A DNA stretch of 62,000 nucleotides from Vicugna vicugna (taxonomy: Eukaryota), in assembly GCA_013265495.1 (NCBI GenBank), contig MU058781.1, positions 6,972,522 through 7,034,521 on the forward strand. Direction: 5' to 3'. The translations under genes were made by a program, and so were the position numbers. This document shows, piece by piece, positions 13,942 to 23,999 of this stretch. The notes under the pieces are model-generated. The model saw only the letters and a program-made list of their open reading frames with translations. It was not told the origin of the DNA and searched no databases. The first letter of the stretch is position 1, and every line of letters starts with the position of its first letter.

Positions 13942-14208
13942 CTGCTCACATGCCTTATATTGTAACTGGACAAGACCATAGAGGGCGTGTGGAAATAACA
14001 AAGTGACATAGGGCTACTAAATCAATCCCAGCTTATTTTAATGCAGCTGTTAATAGTAATTCTCCAGTAAAGGGAAAATATCCAGGCCAATGTTAATCCA
14101 AACAAGATGGCAGGACAATATGCCTAAACCAGGACTGTCCAGGCAAAATGTCCTAGCCACGGTCCCTACAAGAGTGGCACCTTATCTTAAAAGAAGTTTT
14201 CATATAGA

Positions 14209-14223
14209 ACACTAGAGGGCGCT
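14209..14223 (+). promoter_or_regulatory. Candidate CTCF site
   Basis: ACACTAGAGGGCGCT differs by one base from the core CCACYAGRGGGCGC. Confidence 0.45.
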
Positions 14224-14630
14224 TTAGACTGCGATTAAGAATTTTTACGAGGAAACTACTGGATTGTTACAAATTTCAGTAGTGAGTGGTTTATAAACCT
14301 TAGGTAAGTCCATATCAACATAATCTAATTCAACATAGATGTTTTGGTGTGTGTTCCCCTCCTTTCCTGGAGGTTATGATAATCGTATTTTTGTTTTTCT
14401 TTAGAATGTCTTTTTTTCTTTTTTGTTTTTTCTTAAATCTTCAGGAGTGCCTTAAGGTTAATGATTGGGTTGCAATCTACCCTCACTACTTGGGGTTTTG
14501 TTTTTTCTTGGTGTTGGGCTGGGACAAGAGCGGGTTGTGCGGCTAATTAAAACAATTATAACATTGTCCTTCTTTAGAGAGAAACCTGATGATACTGTTT
14601 TAGATACATGTGATACCCATTGTTCCTTCT

Positions 14631-14790
14631 TTAAATGTATTTTTAAAAGTATTGTGTCAATTTCTGGTGTACAACACAATACCTCAGTCATAGTAACATA
14701 CAGATATTCGTTTTCATACTCTTTTTCACCATAAGTTACTATGAGATATTGAATATAGTTCCCAGTGCTGTACAGTATAAACTTGCTGTT
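14631..14790 (-). mobile_element. Lineage-specific L1 3' end (~160 bp)
   Basis: tgtgtcaatttctggtgtacaacacaa..cagtcat..ttttcatactctttttcaccataagttact..ttgaatatagttcccagtgctgtacagta. Degenerate TSD cccattgttccttct / cccatggctcttct. Confidence 0.85.
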
Positions 14791-14858
14791 CCCATGGCTC
14801 TTCTGATACGTGTTCAGTACGGATGGATTGTCGGGCAAGTACCCCCGTCTCCAGGGAA

Positions 14859-15035
14859 GCAGTATGAATGGTGGGGGGACGTTCTGTTTGACTGGACATC
14901 TGGTCTGGAGTCCCTGGTTCTGGCCCCATCTCTGACTTTGGGCAGATCTTACCATCTTTCTGTGCCTGTTTCCTGGTAAAGTGGTGGGGCTGAGCTAAAA
15001 GACTAAATCATTCTCAAGTCTAAAATCCTCTTATC
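14859..15035 (+). mobile_element. MIR3-type SINE
   Basis: cctggttctggccccatctctgactttgggcagatc..tctgtgcctgtttcct..tctaaaatcct. Confidence 0.55.
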
Positions 15036-16219
15036 CTGACTTTTACGCTTAGTGTTGATTAATCTTAAACTTACATTCGCTATATGGCGTGTCCTGTCTA
15101 GAAATTACCTTCAACTCCAGTCGTGAGGTCTGACACTGTGAAAACTTGATTCAGGAGAAAGTGGGCAGGTAGGTGGTTCCCTGTTTGGGGGCCCTGATCA
15201 AGTTCTATATAATGGCTTATTTTATGTTAGAAACAGATTGCTCTTTGTCACTTGCTAAAAAATACTCACACAAGCAATGCTCCCCAACCTCAAACTTCCC
15301 TTGAAGCAAAGATGATGATCAAATGTTTATATTCATTGACTTTCCTAATAGGATGCAGACTAGATATACAGAGGCCAAAAATCACTTAAGATTTTAATTT
15401 AAATCTAATTAGTCTATGTCTAATGCTATGAAAACACGTGAGATGAACATTTGTCAGGTAGACGTAAGCCCCATCTGCCCTCATGTAGTTGAGGCCCATA
15501 CTGTTTAGGGATGTGGTGTTTGATTGAATGTGGTTGCCACACAGTTTTTTTAACTCCCGAAGAATTCTCTGACATTCCTGAGTTCTACTTCTAAAATAAA
15601 TGTGTTGTTGCATGGGGTATACTTTTATATGGAAAAATGGAATGTTAACAACATTCATCTCTGTTGGAAGGAAACTAATTTGGTTGGTGGGGTTATACAA
15701 CTCCTGTCTTATATAGACATAAGAAAGTGACTCAGCTCATTTCTCAGTTGGTAGCATGTTCAGTAGTCTTTTGCATGTCTGTGTGTCTGTGTGTGCATCT
15801 GTGTGCTTGTGTTTGTGTGCCATGTGTCTGCAGCTGTGTCTCTGTGCTCAGGCTTCAAGTGGACAGTCATTTACAATTAGTAACTCTGAGATGATAGTTC
15901 GTTTCAGATCTTGAAAGTTTCTTCACACTTCGTAGCTCCCCATCTGTGATGGTGAAATCAAAATTAAGGAGACCCCAAAGGGAATGTCTGTCTCTTGGTA
16001 ATTTCTTTGTGACTCAGAATGTCTGAACTGAGCCTTGGAAGCATCAGGCAGAGCAGGGGAGGGAAGGACATAGGGGCTGAAGCAGTGAAGACAGAGACCG
16101 GGAGTCAGGATGGGTCTCATGCCAAGGAACCTGGGCAGGTGGGTGAACAACCGGTCAAGTCTAAAAGGAGACCACCATAGAAGCCTGTGGAGGTCAGTGT
16201 CGGGAACTTGCTTCCCATC

Positions 16220-16380
16220 CATTCATCAGCCCTGTACTGAGTGTCTAGTTCGAGCTAGTGGCTGTGATCAGTGAAATGAATGTGAAAGTGTCTTCCTTCA
16301 AGTATTTTCAGAACTAGTGGGTAAAACAGAGAAACAAACCATGATAAAATCATGAATGCTAGGAGGAGTGCCATGGGAGC
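16220..16380 (-). mobile_element. L2 3' end fragment
   Basis: ccattcatcagc..tactgagtgtctag..cagtgaa..tgtcttccttcaag..ctagtggg..gtgccatgggagc. Confidence 0.5.
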
Positions 16381-16563
16381 CCTAGGGGTTCAGGCTGTGG
16401 GCAGGAGCAGACCTCACCAATATCGCAATGCCCAGTATCTTTCAAAGGAACACAAGGCGTGAATGGAGGGAGCATGAACCCCCTGTCCTTTGTGCAGTGT
16501 GGTCGAAGGGAGGATGCATGTTGGGGGATGGCAGAAGTGCCTTCAAGAGATGGTGGAGCTCTT

Positions 16564-16653
16564 GTGGGATGGATATAGCTCAGTAGTAGATGCATGCTTA
16601 GCATGCACGAGGTCCTGGGTTCAAACCCTGGTACCTCCATTAAAAAAAAAAAA
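16564..16653 (+). mobile_element. Vic-1-type tRNA-Ala-derived SINE (short form)
   Basis: tatagctcagtagtagatgcatgcttagcatgcacgaggtcctgggttcaaaccctggtacctcca followed by an A-tail; degenerate TSD aagagat..agctct. Confidence 0.9.
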
Positions 16654-16915
16654 GAGATAAAGCTCTCAGCTCTTTCACGACACACTGGCTTGAGTCTGAG
16701 TTCAAGATGGTGCATTCTCAACCCATTTTTGCTGTTCTTTAGAAAACCCGCATTGATTTAAGGAGTGCAGCCATTTCCTCAGGCATTTATCCAAAAACAA
16801 ATTTTATTACTTGTCATTAAAAATAATCTCAAAAATAACACTGGAAGGAGAGACAAATCAAATGGACATCAATATCTCCACTGTTGTTTCAAACAAGATT
16901 GTTTTTGAGATTATT

Positions 16916-17230
16916 GGTTAAGACTCTCTTAGTTGCAGGTGACTGAAACTCCACTCAAACTTCCTACGCAAAACGGGATTTGGGGGCTCACATACTTGGG
17001 AAGTCTAAGTGGGGGTGAGCAGGAGTAATTGGATGGGAGATTCAAACATGCCCATGGAACTTCCTGTCTCTCCATGCTCCTCACCTCTGCTTACAGTTTT
17101 CAATTCTAGTTTTTTTTTTTTTTAAAGCATCTTTTTTGAGAATTCTAGTGAGGTGGAGAACTTTGGCTGGATTAGCATGTGCCAGAGGGCTGGCTGGTGT
17201 TTTGGCTGCTATGGAAGGAACAGTGATGAA
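16916..17230 (-). mobile_element. Old MLT1 (J/K-like) LTR fragment
   Basis: ggttaagactctcttagttgcaggtgactgaaactccactcaaact..ggctcacatacttgggaagtc. Confidence 0.5.
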
Positions 17231-17364
17231 AAGACTGCAGAGCAAATTACAAAAAATAAAGTCATCTTCTTGCACCCCATTCCTCTACTTTTAATGGGAC
17301 AAAAGTGTCCCCTATGGGCCATGAGCAGTGAACATCGAGGCTGATAAACTGATCCAAAGAACAA

Positions 17365-17580
17365 CAGGAACAGCATCTTACTCCGAGTGTGCGACCCATG
17401 CTGGGTGTTTGCTAAGCCTTTTATGTGTAACACATTTAATTTTCATCATGATGACATGGGGACCACTATTACCTCCACTTTATGGATGAGGAAACTGAGG
17501 CACAGGGAATTGGGGGAACTTCCCAGGGCCACACACCAGTGCATGGAAGTTTATCTTCAGACGTGTGCTCTAAACTGTTA
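17365..17580 (-). mobile_element. MIR SINE
   Basis: ctattacctccactttatggatgaggaaactgaggcacaggga..aacttcccagggccacac. Confidence 0.75.
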
Positions 17581-18124
17581 CATTAAACACAGTTGCATGG
17601 CATATGAATTAATGAAGTATGTCTAACGAATGAATAAATGTTATGTGACAAAGATATTAAACACATGGGAAAGAAGGGAAGAGAGAAAATGCCACTTCAT
17701 AGTTTTTTTTTCCCATATTTTATTCCATGAATCCCACCCCAGCTACCAAGGGCCCAGTAAAATCCATCAGGGTTTGGAAAGGATTTGCCTGGGTCACAGC
17801 AAGGCTTACCTGAAAATAGTGAATAGGGAGTTTGGTTCAGGGTTGGGATAGAGGGAGCATGGGAGCAAGAATGGGGTTCACTTCTGGAAAGAATAGGAAA
17901 AATTTGAGGAGGAGATGTGTCTGAACTCCCTTGGCATCTCTGACCTGAGCACCAAGTCAGGAGACAGTTGAACCCCTCTATGAGCCACCACAGGCCACTC
18001 CTGGGGCCGGGCCTCCTTAGGTTGACAGAAGTGTTCAGAACCAGAGAGGATGGACAGACACTGAAATTCTGGGACTAAAACTGGTCTCAGTGAGGGGTAA
18101 GTGAGGTCGTCTCCCTTTGCAAAA

Positions 18125-19120
18125 AATTTTTTGTTATAGTTTTAAAATTGTGGTTACATAAACATAAAATTGACTGTTTTCCCTTTTTTTTTAATTGAAG
18201 TTACAATGTTTTAGGTATAGAGCAAAGTGATTCAGTTATACATGTTTTTTTCAGATCCTTTTCCATTATAGGCTGTTACAAGATATTGACTTTGGTCCCT
18301 TGTGCTATATGGTAGCTCTTTGTTGTTTATTTTACAGATGTTAGTGTGTATCTGTTAACTCAAATTCCTAATTTGTCCCTCCTCCTCCTTCCCCTTTGGT
18401 AACCATAAGTTTGTTTTCTATGTCTGTGACTCTATTTCTGTTTTGTAAATTAGTTTATTTGCATCATTTTTTTAGATTCCACATGTAAGTGATATCATAT
18501 GATTTTTGTCTTTCTCTACTTACTTCACTTAGTATGATAATCTCTAGGTCCGTTTACATTGCTGCAAATGGCATTATTTCATTCTTTTCTATGGCTGAGT
18601 AATATTCTGTTGTATGTTTATACCATATCTTCTTTAACCAGTTGTCTGTCAGTGGACACTTAGGTTGCTTCCATGTCTTTGCTATTGTAAATAGTGCTGC
18701 TATGAACACTGGGGTGCATGTATCTTTTCAAATTAGAGTTTTCATCTTTTCCAGATCTGTGCCCAGGAATGGGATTGCTGGGTCATATAGTAATTCTGTT
18801 TTTAGGTTTTAAAGGACTCTCCATACTGTTCTCCATAGTAGCTGCAAAATCGACCATTTTTATGTGAACAATTCAGTGCCATTAAGTACATTCACCATGT
18901 TGTGCAACCATCACCGCTATTTCTAAAACTTTTAATTTTCCCGAATAGACACTCCCTCTTCCCCCTGACCTCTGGTCACTTCTTTTCCACTTTCAGTCTC
19001 TCTGAATTTGCCTGTTCTGGTTTCCTCATATAAGTGGAATTATCCAATATTTGCACCTTTGTGTCTGGCTTCTTCCATTTAGCATAATGCGCTCAAGGTT
19101 CATCCATGTCACATGTGTTG
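18125..19120 (-). mobile_element. L1MB-type 3' end split by a younger L1
   Basis: aattgtggttacataaacataaaattgac | accatttt..aattcagtgccattaagtacattcaccatgttgtgcaaccatcacc..catataagtggaat..tttagcataatg..tcaaggttcatccatgt. Confidence 0.75.
18181..18845 (-). mobile_element. Younger artiodactyl-type L1 3' fragment nested in the L1MB
   Basis: T-tail then ttgaagttacaatg..gcaaagtgattcagttataca..ctccatactgttctccatagtagctgc. TSD aaaattgactgtttt (18166-18180) / aaaatcgaccatttt (18846-18860). Confidence 0.9.
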
Positions 19121-19899
19121 GAACTTTATTTCTTGGTTAAAATGAGAAGACGGAAGAGAAGGCGGCATGAGGTGGTCTGGGCTGGCCCTGCTCTGGTGGC
19201 AGTGGGAAGGGGCAGAGCAGGGGTGCAGTCCTCCTGCCCTTCAAGAAGTTCCAAGTTGTCCCTTGGCTGCTTCCTTCCCTTTTCCCAAGGCTGGAGAATG
19301 GTGGGACTGGTTGAGCAACAGAAAGACAAACAACCCCTTGCTCCCAACCTACCCCAGCTCCTTCTCTCTAAAACACAGGGACCAAGGGATGGACTTGATT
19401 TTAACGGTGAGAGAGAGTAAGGAGTGTTGAATAGGGAGAAGACCTGGTACTTATTCACACTTTAAGGTGAATTGGTGTCATCAGATGATTCTCCAGCACC
19501 CTCTGCAAAACTAAGCAAATAGGAATTAGGGAGTTGGAGTGGAGAATCAAGTGAGGCTGAAGTTCTGGAGTTACATATATGGCAGCCTTATTCAGACACC
19601 ATCGAAGCTTCCAGGCATGTGGGGAGGAGAAGGCTGGAGGAGCCAGCCTTGCTCTGGCCAGTTTAACCAGGACCAGACGGGACACCTCTCTTGCAACCCC
19701 CCCTCCCACCCCAGCAGCTGTCATTTGAAGCATCTAAGTTCGCTGGCCCACCTGGAGTCTTGAAAGGGAGGGGGAGAGCTGGATTTTGCAGCCTCTCTCC
19801 CTCCTCTGCAGATTCTCTGGTGGTGGAGATGCGGAAGGAGTTTCGAAGGCTGACTCTGGGTCAGGCAATGCAAAGCAGTTCTTTGTGGGGACCGTTTAT

Positions 19900-20205
19900 G
19901 TTCTGTTCAGCTGTACTCAAGCGGTTGCTCCCGGCTCAGTTCCCCTGGCTGCGACTCTGAAAAGCCTGCCACGTAGGTTTACATACTTGCTGCCACTCTC
20001 GCGGCCCCTCTTTCCACCCCACTGTTGTTCTTTCCTGGCTTTTTAACCTGGAATTGGGTGGTGAAGAGGCTGCAGCCAGCACTGGCTGTCATCTGGGCGG
20101 GGCGGGGAGACAGGAAGGAGATTTCTGGGTCTGTGTTGCTGACCTAATTCTACATTCTGTTTTCATTGAGTGAGTTGATTATTTTTCTATCACTTACTGG
20201 TAAGT
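19900..20205 (+). promoter_or_regulatory. Candidate alternative promoter / non-coding first exon
   Basis: Locally raised CpG, tandem GC box GGGCGGGGCGGGG (20095-20107) and a strong donor CTG|GTAAGT (20200). Confidence 0.35.
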
Positions 20206-21047
20206 GAATGACCTTGACTCCTTTCAGTTTTTCCATGTCCCAACTTCCAGTTCCTTACCACATTTTACACGCACTTGAAAATTCCCTTCTTAAGCTTTTT
20301 CTCATTCTTTAAGCCAGCGAGAACAGTCTTTCGATCTGAACAGCAGCCTTGCTGCTGGGGTTATAAAGCCCCGGTCTCACACATGATTTGTACAAGGAAT
20401 AAGTTTATATTCATTGTTAAGGTTCTGAAGGAGCTGTGTTCTCCGTGTTGCGTTTGAATATTTAATGTACCAATGAATCTTTTCACTTTAATCACCTTCC
20501 CTGAGTGATTAAATATGTGTCACTAGATCCGGCTGTCTTTTACCAACTCTGAGAACTGATTACTTGTTAAACAAGTTAGCTATTTGTTCCCTAAAGTTAT
20601 ATTCACTGTGTACTTTTTTGTGTTTGGCATTGCTTTTTGGGTGTCGATTTCAGTGAAAAACATTAAACAAAATCACTTAAAAAATATACGTCCTCTTTGT
20701 ATTTTGAAGCTGTGATACCCGTGTGTTATCTTGATGCTTGGTTGAGTATCAGAGAGACTTTCTAAGTCCAAACTTGCAAGCATCACGGCTTTCCTGTTTT
20801 TAGAACTTGCTCAGTTATGCCCTGTTTCTGCTGGTATGACCTAATTAAAAGGCTCTTTTGTCTTGTGTAAATTCGATTTTTGTATCCCCTCCCTGCTTTT
20901 CAGTAAGCTTTGAGATTCTTTTCAGTCCTGAAAGTCAAGTGTGAATAGTAATTTGATTAAGCATGGCTTTTATAAATGTTTAATAAGCAAAAGACATCAT
21001 TGCTTAAAAATTGTTTTGAATGATAGGGACATGAAAAGAGAATTCTT

Positions 21048-21111
21048 ATGGCAGCATTAATCCCTTCCCATTACATGTATTGTGAGTGTGATTCATTTGT
21101 GTGTGTGAAAG
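21048..21111 (+). CDS. Candidate alternative coding first exon, MAALIPSHYMYCECDSFVCVK (phase-1 end)
   Basis: TATAAA at 20971-20976, ATGG at 21048, an open frame to a perfect donor AAG|GTAAGT (21112-21117), in non-repeat sequence. Peptide not recognised. Confidence 0.4.
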
Positions 21112-21202
21112 GTAAGTAAATACATTTAGTAACCCTTTATAGAAGAGTCTTCCCTCCCCAATAAACATGATATGTTTACTTAATGAGAAGTGATAAAATG
21201 TT

Positions 21203-21343
21203 GGGGGGAGGGTATAGCTCAGTTGGAGAGGTGCTTAGCATGCACGAGGTCCTGGGTTCAATCCCCAGTACCGCTGTTAAAATAAATCAATCAATAAACC
21301 TAATTACCTACCCTACTTCCTCCACAAAAAATTCATTCTTTAA
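21203..21343 (+). mobile_element. Vic-1-type SINE (long form with tail)
   Basis: ggggagggtatagctcagt..gcttagcatgcacgaggtcctgggttcaatccccagtacc, then tail aataaacctaattacc. TSD agaagtgata(a/t)aat at 21186 and 21344. Confidence 0.92.
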
Positions 21344-22010
21344 AGAAGTGATATAATATGTATTTTGTAAGAGACAGAATTTTAAAATTATTGAATGTCA
21401 GATATTTTTTGCATCTTAAATATGCAATATAGTATTTGTGTTTCCTTTCTCTGTAACAAAAGAAAGAGATGACTTTAGTGGAGAAAGCAGGAAAAAAAAA
21501 AAGGCTTTTAGGTCTCTGTCCTTCGCTCTGACTGTGTTCCTTTAGTATAGATACATCAACTGAGTAGATTGCTTTAATTACATAGTTCATGTTTGTAGCA
21601 GCCTTAACTAATTCAGTTTAAAATCAGATTAAAACAAAACAAAACGTTCTTGTTCTTATGTGTCCAAACCCATAATTTAGACTATTCTGAATTTTTAAAG
21701 GAATGCTTAGTCAGCTTTTTTTCTCCAACCACAATTTGATATAATTTCCTTAAAAAGCAAGAAAATTATGCCGCATTCAAGGATCCTAGATTTAGTTGTT
21801 TAGGGGCTGTTTCTGATGATGGGGAGAAATTAAATGGACCACCATGTACTCTTAAGTAATAGAATGAGGGCTGGGAAACCAGGGGTGAGTCTTAATCAAC
21901 TCAGAGGAAGAGTTGGCAAAGTTGAATTCCCTGTCTTTGCCCTTAGCATTTCAGTGGGTCTTTGTTTTCACATGGACTCTCTCCCCTACCCCCTTTCATT
22001 CCCATTTTTA

Positions 22011-22084
22011 AAAATATATTTTTTGTTGAAGTATTGTCAGTTTCTGGTGTATAGCACAATACTTCAGTCATACAGGAACATACA
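22011..22084 (-). mobile_element. Lineage-specific L1 3' end (~75 bp)
   Basis: ttgaagtattgtcagtttctggtgtatagcacaatacttcagtcataca. 17-bp TSD tttca(t/c)tcccattttta at 21994-22010 and 22085-22101; TT|AAAA target. Confidence 0.85.
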
Positions 22085-22429
22085 TTTCACTCCCATTTTT
22101 AATTCAGACAAGCATTTAAAAAATTTGGTAATATTTGGATGCCCTCTGAGCTTTGGAAAGACATTTCCTTTGGGTTCAGTCCATTGGGTCCATTTAGTTC
22201 TGTTGTGTTTTCATACTGTGTTCGTCAGGAAAACCTGAAGTGGGATGAAGCACACAGAGGTATTAAATGATCTCAAGTTCCTTCTTGAGTCATTTCAGCC
22301 ATAGAGTTTCTCTTCCTTTTGCTGCTTAGAAAATTGGGGCTTTGGAAGGGACTCCCCAAGCCACAGAAGCTCCACCACAGCTCATTGTCCTGTAAAGGAA
22401 ACATCCTTCCACTTCCTCATGTAACTTCT

Positions 22430-22498
22430 ACACTTGCTTTGTGATTTGGTCAGTAAGACCAAATCAGACCAAACCAGACCAAATCACTAAGCAATTGT
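22430..22498. repeat. Inverted repeat (20/22 bp) with a triplicated 10-mer in the loop
   Basis: acacttgctttgtgatttggtc (22430-22451) pairs with gaccaaatcactaagcaattgt (22477-22498); agaccaaa(t/c)c occurs three times at 22456-22485. Confidence 0.85.
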
Positions 22499-22644
22499 GA
22501 GGAGGAAACTGTTAGCTCTAGTCCCATAGCATGAAAGATGAGAACACAGCTATGTCAGCGTGGAGGTTTTTACTAAATAGATAAACAAGGGATTGGTTTA
22601 GATCTGTGGATGGTTTATAAAGAGGAAATTTGGGGTGGGGATCA

Positions 22645-22850
22645 AGACCAGAACCATTGGCCTTAGATAAAACCTGGTTCACAGTCTGGCTCAGCCATTG
22701 ACTAGCCAGGTGACCTTGGTCTGTCTGTCTAAAGGGTTTTCATCTGTACAGTGAATAATATAGAATGTTTAAAGGGTATTGTGGGGCTAACATATCTACT
22801 GTGATGTCCAGCGCAAGGAAAGTCCCAGTAAATGGAGCGTTGATTCATTA
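22645..22850 (+). mobile_element. MIR SINE
   Basis: aacctggttcacagtctggctcagccattgactagccaggtgaccttgg..ttttcatctgta..agggtattgtgggg. Confidence 0.65.
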
Positions 22851-23029
22851 ATATCTTGTCGTGTGTACAGAGAAAAAGAGACATTGCAAATTTCTTTGCG
22901 GCCATCTGGGTGAAATAAGAATGATGGATATTGCTTTCAGTGTTAAAGGTATTCATGGACAAGGTAGTTGGATGTGACATTCACTGGTACTGATACACTG
23001 GAGGCAGTTTGCTTGCCTCCTGCCTGATA

Positions 23030-23300
23030 AACTACTGTTTGTCCTTAAAATTCAGCTCTCTCACCTTCCCGATCCTTCAGATGACAATCCCTTTTCCTTC
23101 TGTTTCCTTTGTGCCAGGGCCACTTGTATACCGTTACCTTTATCTCAGAGTTTCTGTAATCTCCTCTTTTGGACTGTGAGGATTTTGAAATAGGGGTGAT
23201 TTTACTCATACTTACTCCCATGCCCCCTACCCACTACCCCCAACACTGTGTAGCAAGGACCTGGCATAGAGGTAACTGTTACTTGGAATGAAATGCATTG
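23030..23300 (+). mobile_element. L2 3' end fragment
   Basis: ggactgtgag..ttactccca..tagcaaggacctggcatagaggtaactgttacttggaatgaa. Confidence 0.5.
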
Positions 23301-23999
23301 AATGTAATTAAATCAAATACCTGTATAGAAAACAGGGCCATGTGAAATATCTGGGGCTCACAAGACTGCTGGTTAAGCCTGCGAGGTGTCTCCTTTTTTA
23401 CATCCCTGTTTTGGATTCCAGAACCCTGGCAGATGTCAGGTTCCTAGGAGCTTTACAGTGGATTGGTTCTTCTTTGGGAATATGAACAGCCTGGTGGTTC
23501 AGTCTACTGGCATTAAGAAAAGATGACCAATGGCACAGTTGGGAATAAGGGCTCAGGTACAAGCTCAGGGCTTGCGCTCAGAAGCCGTGATTTTCCTGGG
23601 GAGGCTGCCTAAATGGATTTAATACTTGTTTTTAACCTGCCCTGAGGGCTATCTCTTTCTTTGTGGCCTCTGTGGAGGCCCAGGTTTTTACTCTTGTCTA
23701 TCAGGATTCTTTCCAAGAAAATGGGACTAAGTTATTCCACTGACAGTTATATCTTTAAATATGAAAAAAAGTCTATGTTTGAGCCATTTTGATGCACAAC
23801 TCCTTATGTAGTTGCCACATCTGTTATTCAGATTGTATTTTAAGAGTAGATTCCTTTGTGGTAATTGGGTATTCTTGAGAGATGTAATTTAAATCTATGT
23901 TCTTCCACCTGCTGTAATTCTTCACTCTCTGTTTAGTGAGTCTGTATTTTTTTTATCTTATTCAAGAATTGACTTAAAACTCTTCCCCCCCCCACCCCG

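Larger units (their letters stand above)
9752..14168 (-). mobile_element. Near full-length BLACKJACK (hAT-Blackjack) DNA transposon fossil, interrupted by two L1s and an MLT1A
   Basis: Both MER81/BLACKJACK-type termini are present (tagg..tttattgtccaacctagtacacttt at 9752; ggacaatatgcctaaaccaggactgtccaggcaaa..ggtcccta ending 14168). Decayed transposase on the - strand (e.g. FRPSDCSSKL near 12717-12746). About 2.9 kb after removing the nested inserts. Confidence 0.8.

Noticed and set aside
14458..14955. 165-aa - strand ORF
   Set aside because: It is a chimera of MIR3, L1 3' UTR and unique sequence.
22456..22485. CRISPR-like repeat array
   Set aside because: Only three abutting 10-mers with no spacers, in a eukaryotic context with no cas genes.
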